DNA of 64,000 bases from Stylophora pistillata (Eukaryota), in contig NW_019217808.1 in NCBI RefSeq assembly GCF_002571385.2, positions 809,151-873,150 on the forward strand, written 5' to 3'. The translations under genes and the position numbers were made by a program. Each line of letters starts with the position of its first letter. Within the stretch, counting starts at the first letter, position 1. The notes under the pieces are model-generated. The model made no database searches. It was not told where the DNA came from and worked only from the letters and a program-made list of their open reading frames with translations. Of the stretch, positions 1 through 14,481 are shown one piece after another.

Positions 1-192
1 TTTTTTTTATATTTTTAAATATTTTATGATGTATATAGGTTAATTATTTTATTTTAATTATTCCTAATATTGTTACGTTTGTTACAATTCCTTTTTTTTC
101 CGAATTTTAATTTTCGAGGGCCATTAGTTCATCAGTTTCATTACTGTCACATGTTACCCTCGTTAAATAAAGTCTTACTTACTTACTTACTA
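1..192 (+). mobile_element. 3' end of a LINE with microsatellite tail
   Basis: ...accctcgttAAATAAAgtc followed by (TTAC)4. Confidence 0.55.
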
Positions 193-206
193 ATGCCCAG
201 CGCGAT

Positions 207-346
207 ATAAGTAAACATTTTGGAGGTAGACATTTTAAAAGTAAACATTTTAAAAGCAAACATTTTTAAAGCAAACGTTTTAAAAGAAAACATTTTAAAA
301 GTAAACATCTTAAAAGTAAACATTTTTAAAGCAAACTTTTAAAAGC
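207..346 (+). repeat. 15-bp tandem repeat, ~9 copies
   Basis: Unit AAAAGTAAACATTTT with variants. Confidence 0.85.
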
Positions 347-1813
347 GGCAAACGTCTATCTGTTTGCACATGAAAATCAACTCTCAAAAGCAATAAATAA
401 CCATGACCTCCACGGCTGATACGAAATTTCAAATAACTACAAAAAGAAAGTGGAGCATACTCTAATACTGGTTTTACTATGAATTTCTTGAAGGAAATAA
501 AAATCGTGGGAACATCCCATTCATTGCTTGATTTTTCGCCGTCGAGCAATAAAATTAACCTGGGGTTGCTTAAACTATCTTTCAGTCAAAGCGAAAAGTA
601 GCTCACGCAGAGACGTTTTTCATAAAGGCTGCACTAATATTTATTGACATTGACACTTTATCGTACGGCAGACATTAACTGTTTGACGCATTTCGTTTCA
701 GAACTGACAATCTTGTGTTAGCTGAGCATGTAAAAAAACCTGCTTCTTAGAAGTGATCTTGAATATTTTACGGCTATCCAGAGCACTATGTTCTGGTGGT
801 AGTTGTACAGAAACTGGTTTTAGAATTCGACCACGGTCAGGTGGCAAATTCAAAGGTGACGTAGTGACAGAAGACCACTATGTGTCACTGTACTCGGAGA
901 ATCAAGTTGAAAGGCGAGGCAATATCAAAGTGGACAGAAAGTTCAGCAAGAATGGAGACGACGATGGGTTGGCCACCATAAATTGGACGGGGGTTCACAC
1001 AAAGTACACAAACTATGAAGGAAAATAAAATCAACGGCGGAAATTGTGGAAGAGGGTCTACCTAGCCACTACAAAGGTTGGTGTATGACTCAGTGTACAA
1101 TCCTCATAACTATAGCCTGTCTAAGACAATGTTTCTAAAAATTTTCGTAGCGATTCCCTTCAAATAAACACTTCTGTAATACTACCGGCCGACTTACTCT
1201 CATAAGAGAAACGCTAGCCGCAGAGAAGATTTTTAGGATTGTTCTCCTTTCTTTTCCGATGCGCATCTCTGTTGAATGAAAGGAAATGTCACAGCTACTG
1301 TATACAAGTAGGCTGCTAACTCAGTCTTTAAAGTTGGGGAGAGGGATGAGGGAAAATGCATCAAAACTTCTTTCGTAGAAGATTGATATCTGTTTTTCCT
1401 TGTAAAATACCATGAGTATACTTCCTTTGCCAAGACGTTCGCGGGTTTTCTAAACAATTTTGCGCTTACCAATTGCTTTGCTCTTTAGAATCACCTTTAA
1501 GCACAGCAATAACACGCGCTTTCGACATTGTTAAGTCAGCGGTATAACAAACGAGATTTATGCTATACTGTATAGATGGAAGTCCTCACCCATCACAAAT
1601 TCCATCGTCTTCACAAAGGTCATCTAACTTTAAGTCGTCGGTAATTAACTAACAGTTGGTAAGGTAAAAGAAGGAAGTCCGATTGTGCATTCCCTTCTCC
1701 CCTGGGGTTACAATCACTACTCCCCTCCCCACTCCCCCTTCCCACTTCCTTTCGAATTTAAGTCAGCGGTTCGCAGTTTCATTTTATGCTGGGTAGTTTG
1801 TGGGCATTTTCAG

Positions 1814-2650
1814 CTGAATGGCTTTCCCTGGTGGATTTCGAGGCAATTTCGTAAGTGCCCTGAGCATCGACCTTGATAAATAAGCAAATTTCTTTTTCGA
1901 AAATTTTTCGTTTGACTCAATTTCCTAGCACGGTCGCAGCTCCAGGAGAGTGCCGCTAGGACATTTTCTCCTTAATGCTGAAGACGAGGGAACTGGATTC
2001 AGCATACGCGTACTTTGCAATATACGGTAAGGCCCACAAAAACAAAGAAAAGGTGAAATATATCAGTGGGCTTTTTAAAAAATTACGTGGTGTACCGAGT
2101 TAACGCAGGAAAAAGCAAAACAACTTCTTACCGTAAAACAATAGCAAATGTCTCTATTACGTGTTCATAAATGTACTTCAGTGGGATACTTATATTCCAT
2201 TTAAATACCTTTTTATGGATTTCTTATTCACACAGTTTCTCAAGTAGGCAAGACCATATCGGAGTACACATGGAAAGGAGACATTTTGACTATTATTCTG
2301 GATACATGTCATGTTGCTATTATCACGTCAACACGAGGGTATTTTTAACCAAATAATAACAGAAAAAGTGCCTCCCAAGAAGAAATGTAACATTTAGTGC
2401 CCATGTTTCCTTCATAAGGTCTATATATTGGCACAATTTTCCTACTTGGATTAATTCACTTCTTTTGAGGCATAATGGAACTTTCAATGGAAAAATAGTA
2501 AAGATGATGAAGAAGACACTCTTCTAAATGTCAACAACTTATCTTTTCACGATATCATGGACAACAAAATTGTAAAATCCATTGAACTTATGGCAACTAA
2601 TTTACTTAATACATTTCTACACAAATGGAGGTTGCTACACAGTATGAATT
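1814..2650 (+). pseudogene. Decayed multi-exon gene, family unidentified
   Basis: Exons 1814-1850, 1929-2026, 2236-2338 and 2419 onward join in one frame (EWLSLVDFEAISTVAAPGECR*DIFSLMLKTRELDSAYAYFAIYVSQVGKTISEYTWKGDILTIILDTCHVAIITSTRGSIYWHNFPTW...). There is an in-frame TAG at 1957-1959 and an apparent frameshift near 2500. Confidence 0.35.
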
Positions 2651-4369
2651 AGTTCAAACCTTCCTGGAAGGAGGGGAAACAAGAGTTATCGTACGGCACA
2701 CACTGTGCTTTATGCAGTTGCATTTTTCTTTCACGGTCAGGTAGCTTAGAAAAAAATAACTCGAATGTGAGTTTAGCTAAGTTAAGCTTCTTTGCGTACC
2801 GGGTTAACATAACTACCTCGAATTCTCCCTTCACTCCAAGTCATATTGCTTTGAAAGTAAATACGTTGATAATATTCATAGTGAAAACCTGGGAACCAGG
2901 ATGAAGTCTGCAAATGGCGAACTTTAACAAAACGCAGAAATCATAGCCAAGCTTCTTTTTACTTTTTTACCACGGTGCATATGAACTGAAGCCACCAAGA
3001 AATTGTATAGTTTCCGATTAAAACTTAGGTTCTACTGCTTGTTTACTTCACAACTGCATGTAACTTATTTATTCCTTTTTTTTTTTTTTTTGCACTTTAG
3101 CTTTGAAAATCTAGAAATGTATCAATACAATATCCTGTAGCTGTTGCCTTTATTTTTTATTCACATCACATGTCTCTTTACTGAAGTCATGATCAATTTT
3201 GCTACACTTTTTTTTAGCAGAACACCAATCTGGTGTACGCATAACTTCACTCAATTTTTCGATGTCTCAGATATTTTGTTTATTGATTCTTCTCCTCGTA
3301 GGCACCACCACAGCACTGAAGGTCAAGAAGTTTTAACATGGGTAAGCAGCTTACCTGTTTTTGGGTCGATAAGCCTAATAAATTTTAATTACATATATTT
3401 TAAGATTCGGAAATGTTAACAGTTTTTCAGCTGTACCTCTTTCTCAAAAGTTACAAAGACAAAGTAACCATCTTTTTGCAAATAGAAATAACTCAAACAC
3501 GAGCCTAATAATTTTAACTGCGCACAATCTTCTTAGATTTTCATATTCCCTTCTTTATTCACAGATACCAGATGAACTTTGACGGCCATTCAAATGTGAT
3601 TTCAAAGACCAACTTGTTATCAAATGTCACTATTTATATTACCACACTAGATGTAACGAAAGCGGTTTACTTGTGTTGAGGCTTCCGTCAAGACACGGTT
3701 AAGATAATAAGATGCTTCGATCCTGTTCAATTTTTGTCTTAAGTATTTTAATTGTAGATAAAGGTGAATTCTTTTAGTCAACTTGTCCGGTTTTGTTCAG
3801 GTTTTACACTTGATGCTTACGATTGGAGTAAGGCTACCTTGGATTAGTATCGCGTGCAGTGACCTGGGTTTGTAATGGCGTGACCGAGCCCTGGATAGCT
3901 TTGATTGTTTTTAGTAAACCTTTTGAAGAGATTTACATGCAAATTAGACACACTGATTTTGAATACCTTTACTTTCACGGTTGCTAACCACAGACATTAC
4001 CATCAAAGCCGGAATAAAAGTTACGTGAATTACGATTTAGTCATAAATTTCCATACGTAGGAGGACTTTCTACGTTGGGCGAGACAATTCAGAGGTTGTT
4101 CAAATCGTTATTAATTTGAAAGACCATCTTATGCGGATATGTACCCCAAGATCTTCATGGATCATTGACTGAGTTCTGCGAAACAAATAACAAAGTTCAG
4201 CTCCATTTATTTGGCTTCCGAACTCAGTTCTTAAGTCTCCGTTAATTGGTCGACTTTGCGAATCAGACGCCTTCAACACACGTTTCATCGAATCAACGAT
4301 TCGCACATTCAAAGACCTGTCTAAGAATTCAGGACGGCATACTACAAAGAAGAAAGGGGAAGGCTTTAA

Positions 4370-4655
4370 AGGCAGATGGAGAGCAATCTAAAAGCTGGTC
4401 AAAGACAAATAGCGGCGAGACCTTCGTTGCTGCCCCACATACCACTAGGCATAATGGGCAGTAAACGAGTGAGTGGCATTCTAATGCCGTTTAAAGCATA
4501 TTGTAAGGATGGTTACTGTATGGAAGTTAGCGTCACTAGTCTCGGAGAATCGACCAACAAGGCGTCGCCACAGAACGGAGGCTTCGAAAGCTGGTCAAAG
4601 ATAAACAGCGGCGAAAGACCTTCGTTGCTTCCCTACATACCACTGGGAATAAGAA
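4370..4655 (+). mobile_element. Two short 3' remnants of an RTE-type LINE
   Basis: A ~62-bp imperfect direct repeat (4391-4453 / 4588-4651) encodes ...FVAAPHTTRHNGQ*. The first copy is followed by a gagtgagtg tail. Confidence 0.5.
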
Positions 4656-7600
4656 ACCTCTTCGTGGCAACTACAGTACCAACGCGGTGGAGCTACAGGA
4701 AACGGTGATCTATGTTAGGATGGATAGAATATCTCATTTTATCAACTACAGCATGCAATCTCTTCAGAAGAGTTCAATCGATGGAAGCAGGTATATCATT
4801 AGCGCTACCCATTTAATCGAGCTATATTTTCCCTTGAGTCCATAATATCAGTCAGAGTGTTCATTAGACCACACCTAACGCATAACCAATACGAGCAGAA
4901 GAGCGAGACTGGGCGTCATGATTCTATTAATAAAATGGATCAATCGGATCTAAAGTTGCGTGGGTGGAAAGCATCAACCAAAAAAACATTATGGGTTTTG
5001 AGGAGCTCTATTGGGTATGTAGCGACTTCTAGTTACACTTTCATATTCGAAATGAACACTGATTTCACGGTAAGCGTCTTTTTTCTCCAACCTCTTACTG
5101 AAGTCTGTCTGTCACGAGGTTTTGGCGATGCGACTTGTCTGTAAAAATTCGTTGGCGATGCGACTTGCCTATATAAATCTGATGTGGTTTCATTGTAGAA
5201 TCTTTATTGTCTGTAAAAATTCGAAACTTCTTTCAAAAGAAAACCAAGCTACTTCTACGATTACCGCTGAGCCTCATTTCTTACTGCTCCTCTGTTTCAT
5301 TTTCCCCTAATAGGTATTATCGTGACATGAAAGTCATTGCGACAGCCAAACGCATGTGTTGAAATCAGTTCGAATTCGAGAGACAGCGGACGAAAAGTTT
5401 TGATAAAAATCATACTTTAGGTTTTGTTATTTCATAGATTTGCAGTTACGGATCAGGGCAGAAATTGTGATAGAGGTAGAACTGTCTATATACCGAAGTA
5501 GATATCCAAAATGACGACAAAAATACACAATGTTGTGAAATCCTCATGTGCAGAGTGTTATGCTGATGTTCGCATGGGGGATGCAGTCTAATTTTTATGA
5601 GTTCAGCTAATGGAAATTATTATTATTATCGAAACAGCTTCCAGAGTTAAGGATGAAATAGCAACCCCACACTACAAAGAGAAATACAACTAACGTTTCT
5701 CTAACTATATATATTTTAATCACATATATAATGCATACTTTTATTTTCATTACAGTGAGATGTATATGTCTTTTGTAATAGCTGTTCTCCTCCTCATGAG
5801 GAATAGTAGACCACATAGGACCACAACGTGCATTATATATTTCATTTTGAGGTAAGGTAAACCTTTTAAGCCTCTTTTTAGTGGTACTCATAATCAATTT
5901 GTTTAAATGTTAAAAGTCAAAGTTTCGCAGTATTCGATGACCAATTTGCGCTATTAATTCGGTGAGTTCCTTGAAAAGTTCTTAGGTTTTTTCTGATCTA
6001 AAACGGCACATTTCATTAATTTCGTCCCAGTTAGAGTAGCAAGACAAACTGATTTAGCAAAGGTCAGTTCTTATCAATCAATTTCTGCTTACCTTCTTCC
6101 TGTTCCAATGACATTTTGACACACGTCACACCCCCACGTAAACAACAATAACATCATAAACAAGCAAGCGGTTATTAAATAATATGTGATTAAGTTCTTT
6201 CTAAGCGGGGCTTATACACAATACACATGTACAAAAAGTTTCATTAAAAGGAAATAAATTAACAGAGGAGTACATGGTTTAACACTAAAAACAAATATGA
6301 AATCAGGTTAGCATAACATTTTTAATCTGAGTGGAGACTGCACGATACATTTTATTAACTCAAATGGGATGGGTCTTGATCAGCTTCGAGTTTACATAAT
6401 TAGATCTACTCAATTCGATTTTGAAGCAATATTCGATCAAACTATTATCAACGTAGGTTTTGGCAAGGCTTCGTGACTTAAGAAACGTTTTTAAATGATA
6501 AAGAATAAACATCGCGGCATGGACTACATTGAAGAGAGCCATTCGTTTAAAAAAGCACCTTACCGACTACTACCTGACTTATTCCGTTAAAGAAAAGTAT
6601 TCCTCATCTTTTTTTTTTCTTCTCTCTTTGCACAGGATATGCTTGGAATTAGCTGCCATTTGGGACTATGTAAGTTCAAAGTTAGTTTACCTTTAGTAAA
6701 TCACATGTGTGTCATATATGTCTGTCTACAAGGAAATCATGTGTTTAATAAAGTCTGTATTTGGAAACCTATTCTCATGATTTGCATGGAGGTGCCCCTG
6801 ACTTCAGGCGTTTTCAAAAAGAAATATTATAATAATAATAACATTAAAAATAATGATGGTAATAACGTTGTACTGTTGAAAGCCAATCATAAACACTGAA
6901 AAGTTTTTTGATTAATCAAATTCATTCTCACTGCCATAACACTGCCAATCTACGTTTATTCCTGAAAGACAGAATGAATTGCCATTACAAATTAATTAGA
7001 GAAGGGGCTGAGTTTACCCTTCCAGTTCGGTTCTATAGGGTACATTACTTTAGGTTAAGAAATAAAATAGCTTGGACGCAAAATATAAAAATTTTCATTT
7101 TTCACATTTAATAATCGTGAATTGGACAATTAAGTTACTTTACCCTTTATTGTAAGCTATTGTTTAGTTTCATTCGTGGTTCAAATTTTATTTTTTCTTC
7201 TTTAAATTCATTCATACTCTACTAAAGATAAAGAAATGAAATTGAACCAAAAATGAAATTGAAATATCATTAATATTTAGTAAAGAAGATAATGGTGATA
7301 TCAAGTGGGGATAGAACATGAGGGTTACAATACCAAAGTAAGGTTTGTGTTATTTGTAATTAAACAGGTTAATTTTTCAACTCTTTATATGAAAGCAAGG
7401 GCATCTTTGTCACTAAACTTTGAATCTTTTTACATCATAGGTTCCTGATGAACTTTAAATAACTAAATTTTCTATTTATCAAAGGTTTAAAGTTTTTTTA
7501 GTTTGTCTGATACCAAACAGGAAGAAATTAAAAAAACATAACAAAAATGTAAATAAAACCATTTATTGAGACGCAAAACTTTTCCTATTTCTACTTGAAA

Positions 7601-8914
7601 TTTAACATTTCGTAAAAAATAAAAAATCATGGTTGTATTCCTTTTGGATACCAGAAATGTATTTTTCGCCTACGAAAGTAAATAAAAAATTAATTTCACG
7701 AATACTAGTCTCTCCATTTGTATTTTGCACTTCGATGTTTTCAATCAAAAAACAAACAAACAAAGAAACCAACAGTATTTTATCAGAATTATACTCTGAT
7801 ATATCGATCACATTGGCAGTTTCAAGGCATAAATTGACTACCAAAAAGATTCAACGATTTTAACGGATTTAAGTATATCAGTTCGATGTCAGTTCCCCCC
7901 TAGCTTCTCAAACAATGATAGATGCTTGGTCTTGTGATTGTTTAAAATTTTAGAAAATTACCAAGACTCCCACAAGGTGAGAATCAGGAATCCCGGAGGA
8001 GAGGGAGGTCAACAAACAAGAAGGGTGAAGGTTTCGTTTTGTTGATTCCCTACGTGGTGGGGGTACGCAATTTTACTGGACCCACACATTCTAACTCATT
8101 TCATTGAAAAAGTATTAAGAAAAACATGACTTAAGTGTACAGGCTGTCTTTTGATTGCCTTAAACAAGTACCGCATCGATGAGGTAACAGTCAAACATCA
8201 AGCGAATAAAGGTTGATAACAATTGATTTGCAAATGTGCGGTGACCTCAACAATTCTATCTGTTCCAGTACAGTCACTTAGCTTTGAACTCTCACAAATG
8301 TGTTCTTTTAGATCATCCATCCATTCGATATCTTACGAGGCAAGAAGAAAAGATTTATTACTCGCTTCAGATCCTGAGGGAAAATCTGTAACCCTCGATC
8401 CCTTCTTCCTCTTTCAATATTTCTGCGAGGCAATTCAAAATAGCATCAAGAATTCGCGCACTTGGTCATTTTCAGCGTGCAATTATTTCGAACAAACATT
8501 GGCCGTGGCCCTCTACACCCGCGACGAGGAGCGCGCAGTGCATCATGGAATAAAAAAATAACTCGATCAAAAATTATTTCCAACAAAAAAAATTGCAACA
8601 CATAAGAAAAAAAATTAGGACTAAATAATTTGCGTATAATGCAAAAAGTAAAAAAATTCATAACAAATACTAAATTGCAGGGCACTATGAAAAATAGAAA
8701 TTGTACTAAAATTTAAAATAAACAGGGCCAAAATTTATTTGAATGGCCGCAAAATTAATTTTACTTGTTTCACATTATCGAATCAATTTCGAACAGAGCA
8801 GGCCTCCATATATTTTGGCGACATAGGCTAAGAAGTTAAATATTTAGTTGTATTGAATCGTCATTGAATATTTTCTGTAAAAGGCGTTTCCGAAAGGCTG
8901 GAAAAAATTAATTA

Positions 8915-8992
8915 GTGCCAGGCAGACCAGGGACTCGTGTTCACGAAGGACCTCTAGATTGCGAGTCCGACAACCTGACCATTCGGCAACAC
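8915..8992 (-). mobile_element. tRNA-derived SINE head (degenerate)
   Basis: Minus strand TTGCCGAATGGTCAGGTTGTCGGACTCGCAATCT...ACGAGTCCC is A-box/anticodon-arm-like, with no valid acceptor stem. Confidence 0.4.
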
Positions 8993-11900
8993 TATCTCTT
9001 TAAATTTAATTTTGAAGCGACCTTTTCTTTCCGGAAGTACGCTACTTTCGCAGAGGGATGGGGGAAAGTTGTGTTGGGTTCACGTCTTACCGTTATTTTC
9101 ATTTTTAGAGCGGAAGTTATCGAAGATAATATTTTGGCAGGCCTAGAGTATTGGCTTTAGTTATAAGGTGTCGCTTCAAATAGATAGCTAAATCTTGATA
9201 AGTCACTATTCTTTATTGAATTAAGGAAATAGAGAAATATTGGAAATTTCTGTGAATTTTTCTGTGTACGACAGCCTGAAGGGCTAAAGACATGATTAAT
9301 GTATTCCTTATAACCAAAAGTTTTCGCAATACTCAAGCTAGTCAAACTCCCTGCACTTCAGTACCAGGATAGGTTACCCCTAACAGTCTTTACGTTCATT
9401 TCTTTCAACGAAAATTTAGTATTGTGCTTTGAGAGGCTTATATCATGTTCCCCATATAGAGATTCCTGTCACTACTAACACTTACCTTTCTTTGTTCACT
9501 CCTTCATCTTTACTTTATTAACGTCACGCTAACCATCAATCCGTGTACAGGGCTTTGAATCGTGCCAATTAGTGTTGAGGCAAACATAAACTTTTCGTGA
9601 TTCTTCCAGCACTGGAAAACGAACACAACTCACATAATTATATTATTCCGGTTTCTGTTTCTATTTAAAAATATTAAACGCAGAAACGGAATTTCGCTTT
9701 CGGGTTGAAACAGTTGATTGGTGACACGGCTTCGCCCTTCCCGTAACTAAAAGTTATCTAAACGCTATATGAGCACACTTGAATAAGCCTCTAGCTAGAG
9801 CTGGACGCGTCGCTTATCGCAGGCCAAGAAAGACACTGAGGAATTAAACTTCAAAGGTAAAGCTTTAACGTGATGTATATTTTGATTTGGAAATATATCA
9901 TACCACACCTTTTTGAAGGCCTTTAAATGGGTCGTGATAGCTGTTCAACGGTTCGCATTGCATTTTTGGAAAAATAGCCCGAACTCTTTTAAACCTAGAC
10001 GCGCCGCTTACGGCGGGGTAAGATAGAGAATACCAGGAACTAAAATACAAGGATAAATTTTAATATGATGTATATTATAATTACGTACATATAAATGACA
10101 GGTCACTGAAATTGACCTCAGTTTATTTTACCTCTGCGAAAAAGACGCGAAGTACTTTATTTCAACGGGTCACTATTCAGACTTTAACGAGAAAACATAA
10201 AAAGAAATTTGTATTGTCCAAGAGATAAAAGGACCATCTGCTAACACAAAATTTAAAAGAGGGATTGCGTTGCAAGCGTTGTAGCGTAAAAAGTTGCCGA
10301 GGTTGCGTAATTTTCTGCTGCTTTACGGGGGTGGGGACAACGGCCATCTAAGCGTATTTTGAACTTTTTGATATAATTTTCGAAAAAGGTTCATTAATAG
10401 GTTCCTTTCGAAAAAATAAAATTAATTACGAAATTTTGCAACTGTCGGCGGGTTCTCGATATTTATGGCAGTGGCTCTTAACACTCTGTAGGTTCGGCAG
10501 TCAAGTTACCGTCAAACCGCACAGAACTCATTGAAACACAAAATGCTTCTCGGATAATTTTCAAGTCTTCCCCCTTCAAATCCTCCGTCACCCGTCGCAT
10601 GTCTGTTTGGTGGACTTACTTTTAATCAAATCTTATTGAATCAATAACCTAAGTCTCACATCGGCAAAATCGATAAACGGAGGCAATCAAATAAAAAGTT
10701 TGTTCTTTGTAGAGGTTGCCAGGCTTTCTCCTGGCAACTTTGTATCATATGTTGTTCGTCAGTTCAGTTTGCTATTACGAACGATAGGTTCACGAGGCAA
10801 AGGGAATGGAGATAATATAAAAGGCTTGATAACAAGGTGACCATTATTTAAACACCGAAATAGTTTTTGTTGAAATTTAGGGAGTAAGCAAATTAAACAC
10901 AACGGTTTCAAGTAAATTTACAGAAATAGTTCGAAAGGTTATCGTTTACATATTTCACTCCTCCAAAACTCGAGCGTGAAAATACAATGCGTGCCGCGGT
11001 TACCAACAGATGGAATACATTTACACTGTTTGCGACCACATCCGCACTTTTTCCCTAGATGACCGAAGAATGCTGGCCAACTTTCCGGTTACAACAAATG
11101 TTAACCAAACTCAATTAAAGTAAGTCGCCCGAAAAGGATAGAGTGAGATAATCAGCAAATGAAATCAGGCAACACCATAGTGATTGAACGGAAGCTCCAA
11201 AGTCTAGTAAAAGAATTCACTAAGCAATGTGGGACTAATTAATTTTCACAAGTACATATTCCGTAACCCTAAGATGACACGTATCGTAAACGATGCTAAA
11301 ACTTAACACGTGCTAGGATTGGCAAAAAAACTGCGCCTCTAGTCACAGTTGGATCTTCCCCTAAGCAAACTATGTGGAGCAAGTTAACGTAAATGCAATC
11401 GTGGCAAAGGATTCACGCTGCTTTACCATAGTAATGAAAACTTCTTTGTCTTATTCGCGCCGCTTACACACAACTGAAGACAGCTGGGCTAAGAATCGGT
11501 CACAAAAACAAAAATTAGATACTCCAGTTTCCGATGCAGATGTTAACAAATTATAAATCAAACCAACTGTCGAGTCACGCTATCAATTTGATTGCATTCC
11601 TGCTGACTTAAAATGACCGCTTAACACGTCCAACTTGACTAACGTTAAAACAAGAGAGAGAGACAAATATCAATATGTGTTGCGACAAATCCACCAATGA
11701 TTTTTCGTAAACTTCACTTAAACGCAGGGTTTGGAAGTGAAACATTTCCTTCCACAGTGCCATTCTCGACAACGAGACAAATCACGACGAATTAAGTACG
11801 ACAAAGCATCCCATTTTTCTCCGAACAATGGGCCTGTCAATTTCTCCCGCTTGAGCGCTACTTAGAGTACATCAAAGTACGGTTTTGTTTACTGCACGTG

Positions 11901-14286
11901 AAAGGTGTTAATGGATCAGCTGCGGATACTGAGTTCCAGAACTTTACATTATTATTCAATTGACATACGAAAACAAAACAAAACAAAAGACGACAGGTTA
12001 TTTTCCATTTTTAAAGGCTTTTCTCTAATACTCTCAAAGAACTCGTCTGAGAAAAACTCGTAAGACCAACGACACAAACTGGTTGTCTTCTTGGTCACTT
12101 AAAATATGAGTGTTTTTGTCTGACAAAACATAAATCAGTGCAAAGCAAGATTGAAAAAAAAAAAAGTGGAAAACTGACTATGTACACTTTCAAGGGAGTA
12201 AACATTTCATCTCCTACAATGAGGGACGAAAAACGTGCTCAGGAAGATTTAAAAAAAATCGAATTGAAAGAAGTCTTCTTTGGGAGCTAAGCGTTAAGCA
12301 GAATTTTCTCACCTAAAACTCTGGTTATTTAAAAGACACGCATACATATGGTGGGCTTTTGAGTAATGTTTTGATGACTACCAAAACCGAGATTAAATCG
12401 TAAAAGCAGACAACTAAATGACAAACAACATAAAATTTAATAAAAGATAAAAAAGAAAAATTTATACTGAAATATATAAAATGTAGAGTTAGAAAGGAAG
12501 ATGCAGAAGTAGAAGATGCAGAGGTAGAAACGAAGATGCAATATTTTCATGTTAAAATATACCTGTTATAACTCGGTCCTAAAACAAAACCATTCTCTCT
12601 CACATTCAAGGAAAAATCGTACTCTCTCAACTTGAAGAAATAACATAATCATGAATAACCTATTTAACTACTAACATACATCATCAACGTCGCAATTACA
12701 TTGTTTTCTTTTCGTACTCACATGAGACATGATTCTTCGTTACCCTGTCTCCTTTATCATTACCATCTCAAAGCGAGTGGACACATCAAACTCCATCACA
12801 CCACCGTTGCTGAAACGTCGGGCAGCTCGAGGACTGAAGTCCTTCCCTGTCAGGAAACGCGAAAACATTTTTAATGTCATTACTTGCATTCCAACTTTCT
12901 AAAGAAAATATTTTTTCCTTTTGATAAAAGTTGCTCGAGAGAGAACACAATATCCTTGTATGCACCACATTTTATCGATTAATGTTCATCTCCCATAATG
13001 CTCCGCGACGCATCAAAATTCAAATATTAGAGAGGCAGGGCAGAAATGTGTTGCTTGATCAACCTCTTCAAGTGTTTTCATGCATTCTTCAATAATTGAA
13101 CAAACTTTTGTACGATCCTTGCCCGTTTCATTCCCTCGACTCTTGCGGCCTGAAAAGAAAGTGCCAGCGTCGTATGGTATTACAACAAAAGCCATATCGC
13201 GGCTAGATTTAAAGGTTTGCCGCTGCATCATTGCGGAGAGCCGCTTCCAAAACACCTCTGACTAGAAAGAATAAACCTTCCGGTTCAGGAGACTCGCCCT
13301 TCAGTTGACGATGGTTTGATTGTCGACTAACATCAGCTAACCCCATACAAAGAGGTAATAATAGTTCCCAAGGCTATTTTCAGTCTCCCCTCAAACGTTA
13401 AACCTTATCTGTATTGCTAATGATTACCTGATGGTTCGAGTCACTGATCACGACAACATTTAATTAGACTAGCCTTATCAACAAAAAATAGGCGGAACCA
13501 GATAAGGGACACTCCCAGAATATATTTTAGACAAAAATAAGAAAATTGTTTTAATACATTTTATGTATCATAATGCTCTGTAAAATTAATTGTGGATATC
13601 TTCGTCGAATCTAAGAAACTACTTCAAACAAACTTTAGGACCCTTTATTACCGTTGTTGGTGCGCACTGATTGCTCATATACGCCCCGCCACTACTCTTT
13701 AATCTTAATACAAATTCAAATTAAATGAAATTCCAGGTCAATCCAATAACTCTGAGGACAGCTTAAAACAGAATAACAGATTCCTTAAAATAAGCCGCCA
13801 ACGTTATTACTTAATCTTTTATCTATCTATTTTTATTAAAAATCAGTATCAAGGATTACCTCACAACAAAAGTATGATACTTACGATAAAAAAAATTAGC
13901 ACTGAACTTATCATTAAAAAAATAAACATATTCTTGTGAAGACTGACAAGGTGTTAGACTCCCTAATATTAAGAGGTAGGTCACTCAATGAGCGACAAAC
14001 TCGAAAAAGGAATTCTTAAAAGCTTCTGCTCGACTAAAAGGGACATCAAGTGTTAGATAGTCTACATTTCTTAAATGCTTGTTGTAAGAGAGAAACGATA
14101 CGAGGCCCAAAAGTATCTAAATTAGATATATTCTTAAACATTTAAAAAAGAATACTAGATCATGATTTTCCGTACGAAATGGTAATGGTAATAAACTTCA
14201 TTTATTAAGGCGCTCGTGCTCAGAATATTCCTCGAGTCTCGTGGTCTAGCGCTGAATCTGTTTTAAGCTATATATATCCTATGAGC

Positions 14287-14481
14287 TAGACAACGGGAGG
14301 TCCCTTCTTTTCGGCTGAGTCTGTCGCGCAAGTAAGAAAAAAATTCAGTTCGAGCGCCTTACTCACGAAGCTCTTGCAGCGCATCGGCGTCACTCTAAGA
14401 GTTCCACGCGGCGCGCTAACAGCAATTTTTTTCACTTTTTTCTTTGACTCGTGCGACGGACTTCGCAACTACCCGTAGTCT
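14287..14481. mobile_element. MITE
   Basis: Terminal inverted repeats TAGACAACGGG ... CCCGTAGTCTA plus subterminal complementarity. Confidence 0.55.

Noticed and set aside
112-140. CTGATGA...GAAA on minus resembling a hammerhead
   Set aside because: No stem II or stem I pairing; it lies in a LINE 3' UTR.
9793-10075. ~90-bp degenerate direct repeat (~9797 and ~9995)
   Set aside because: An old local duplication with no coding or structural signal.
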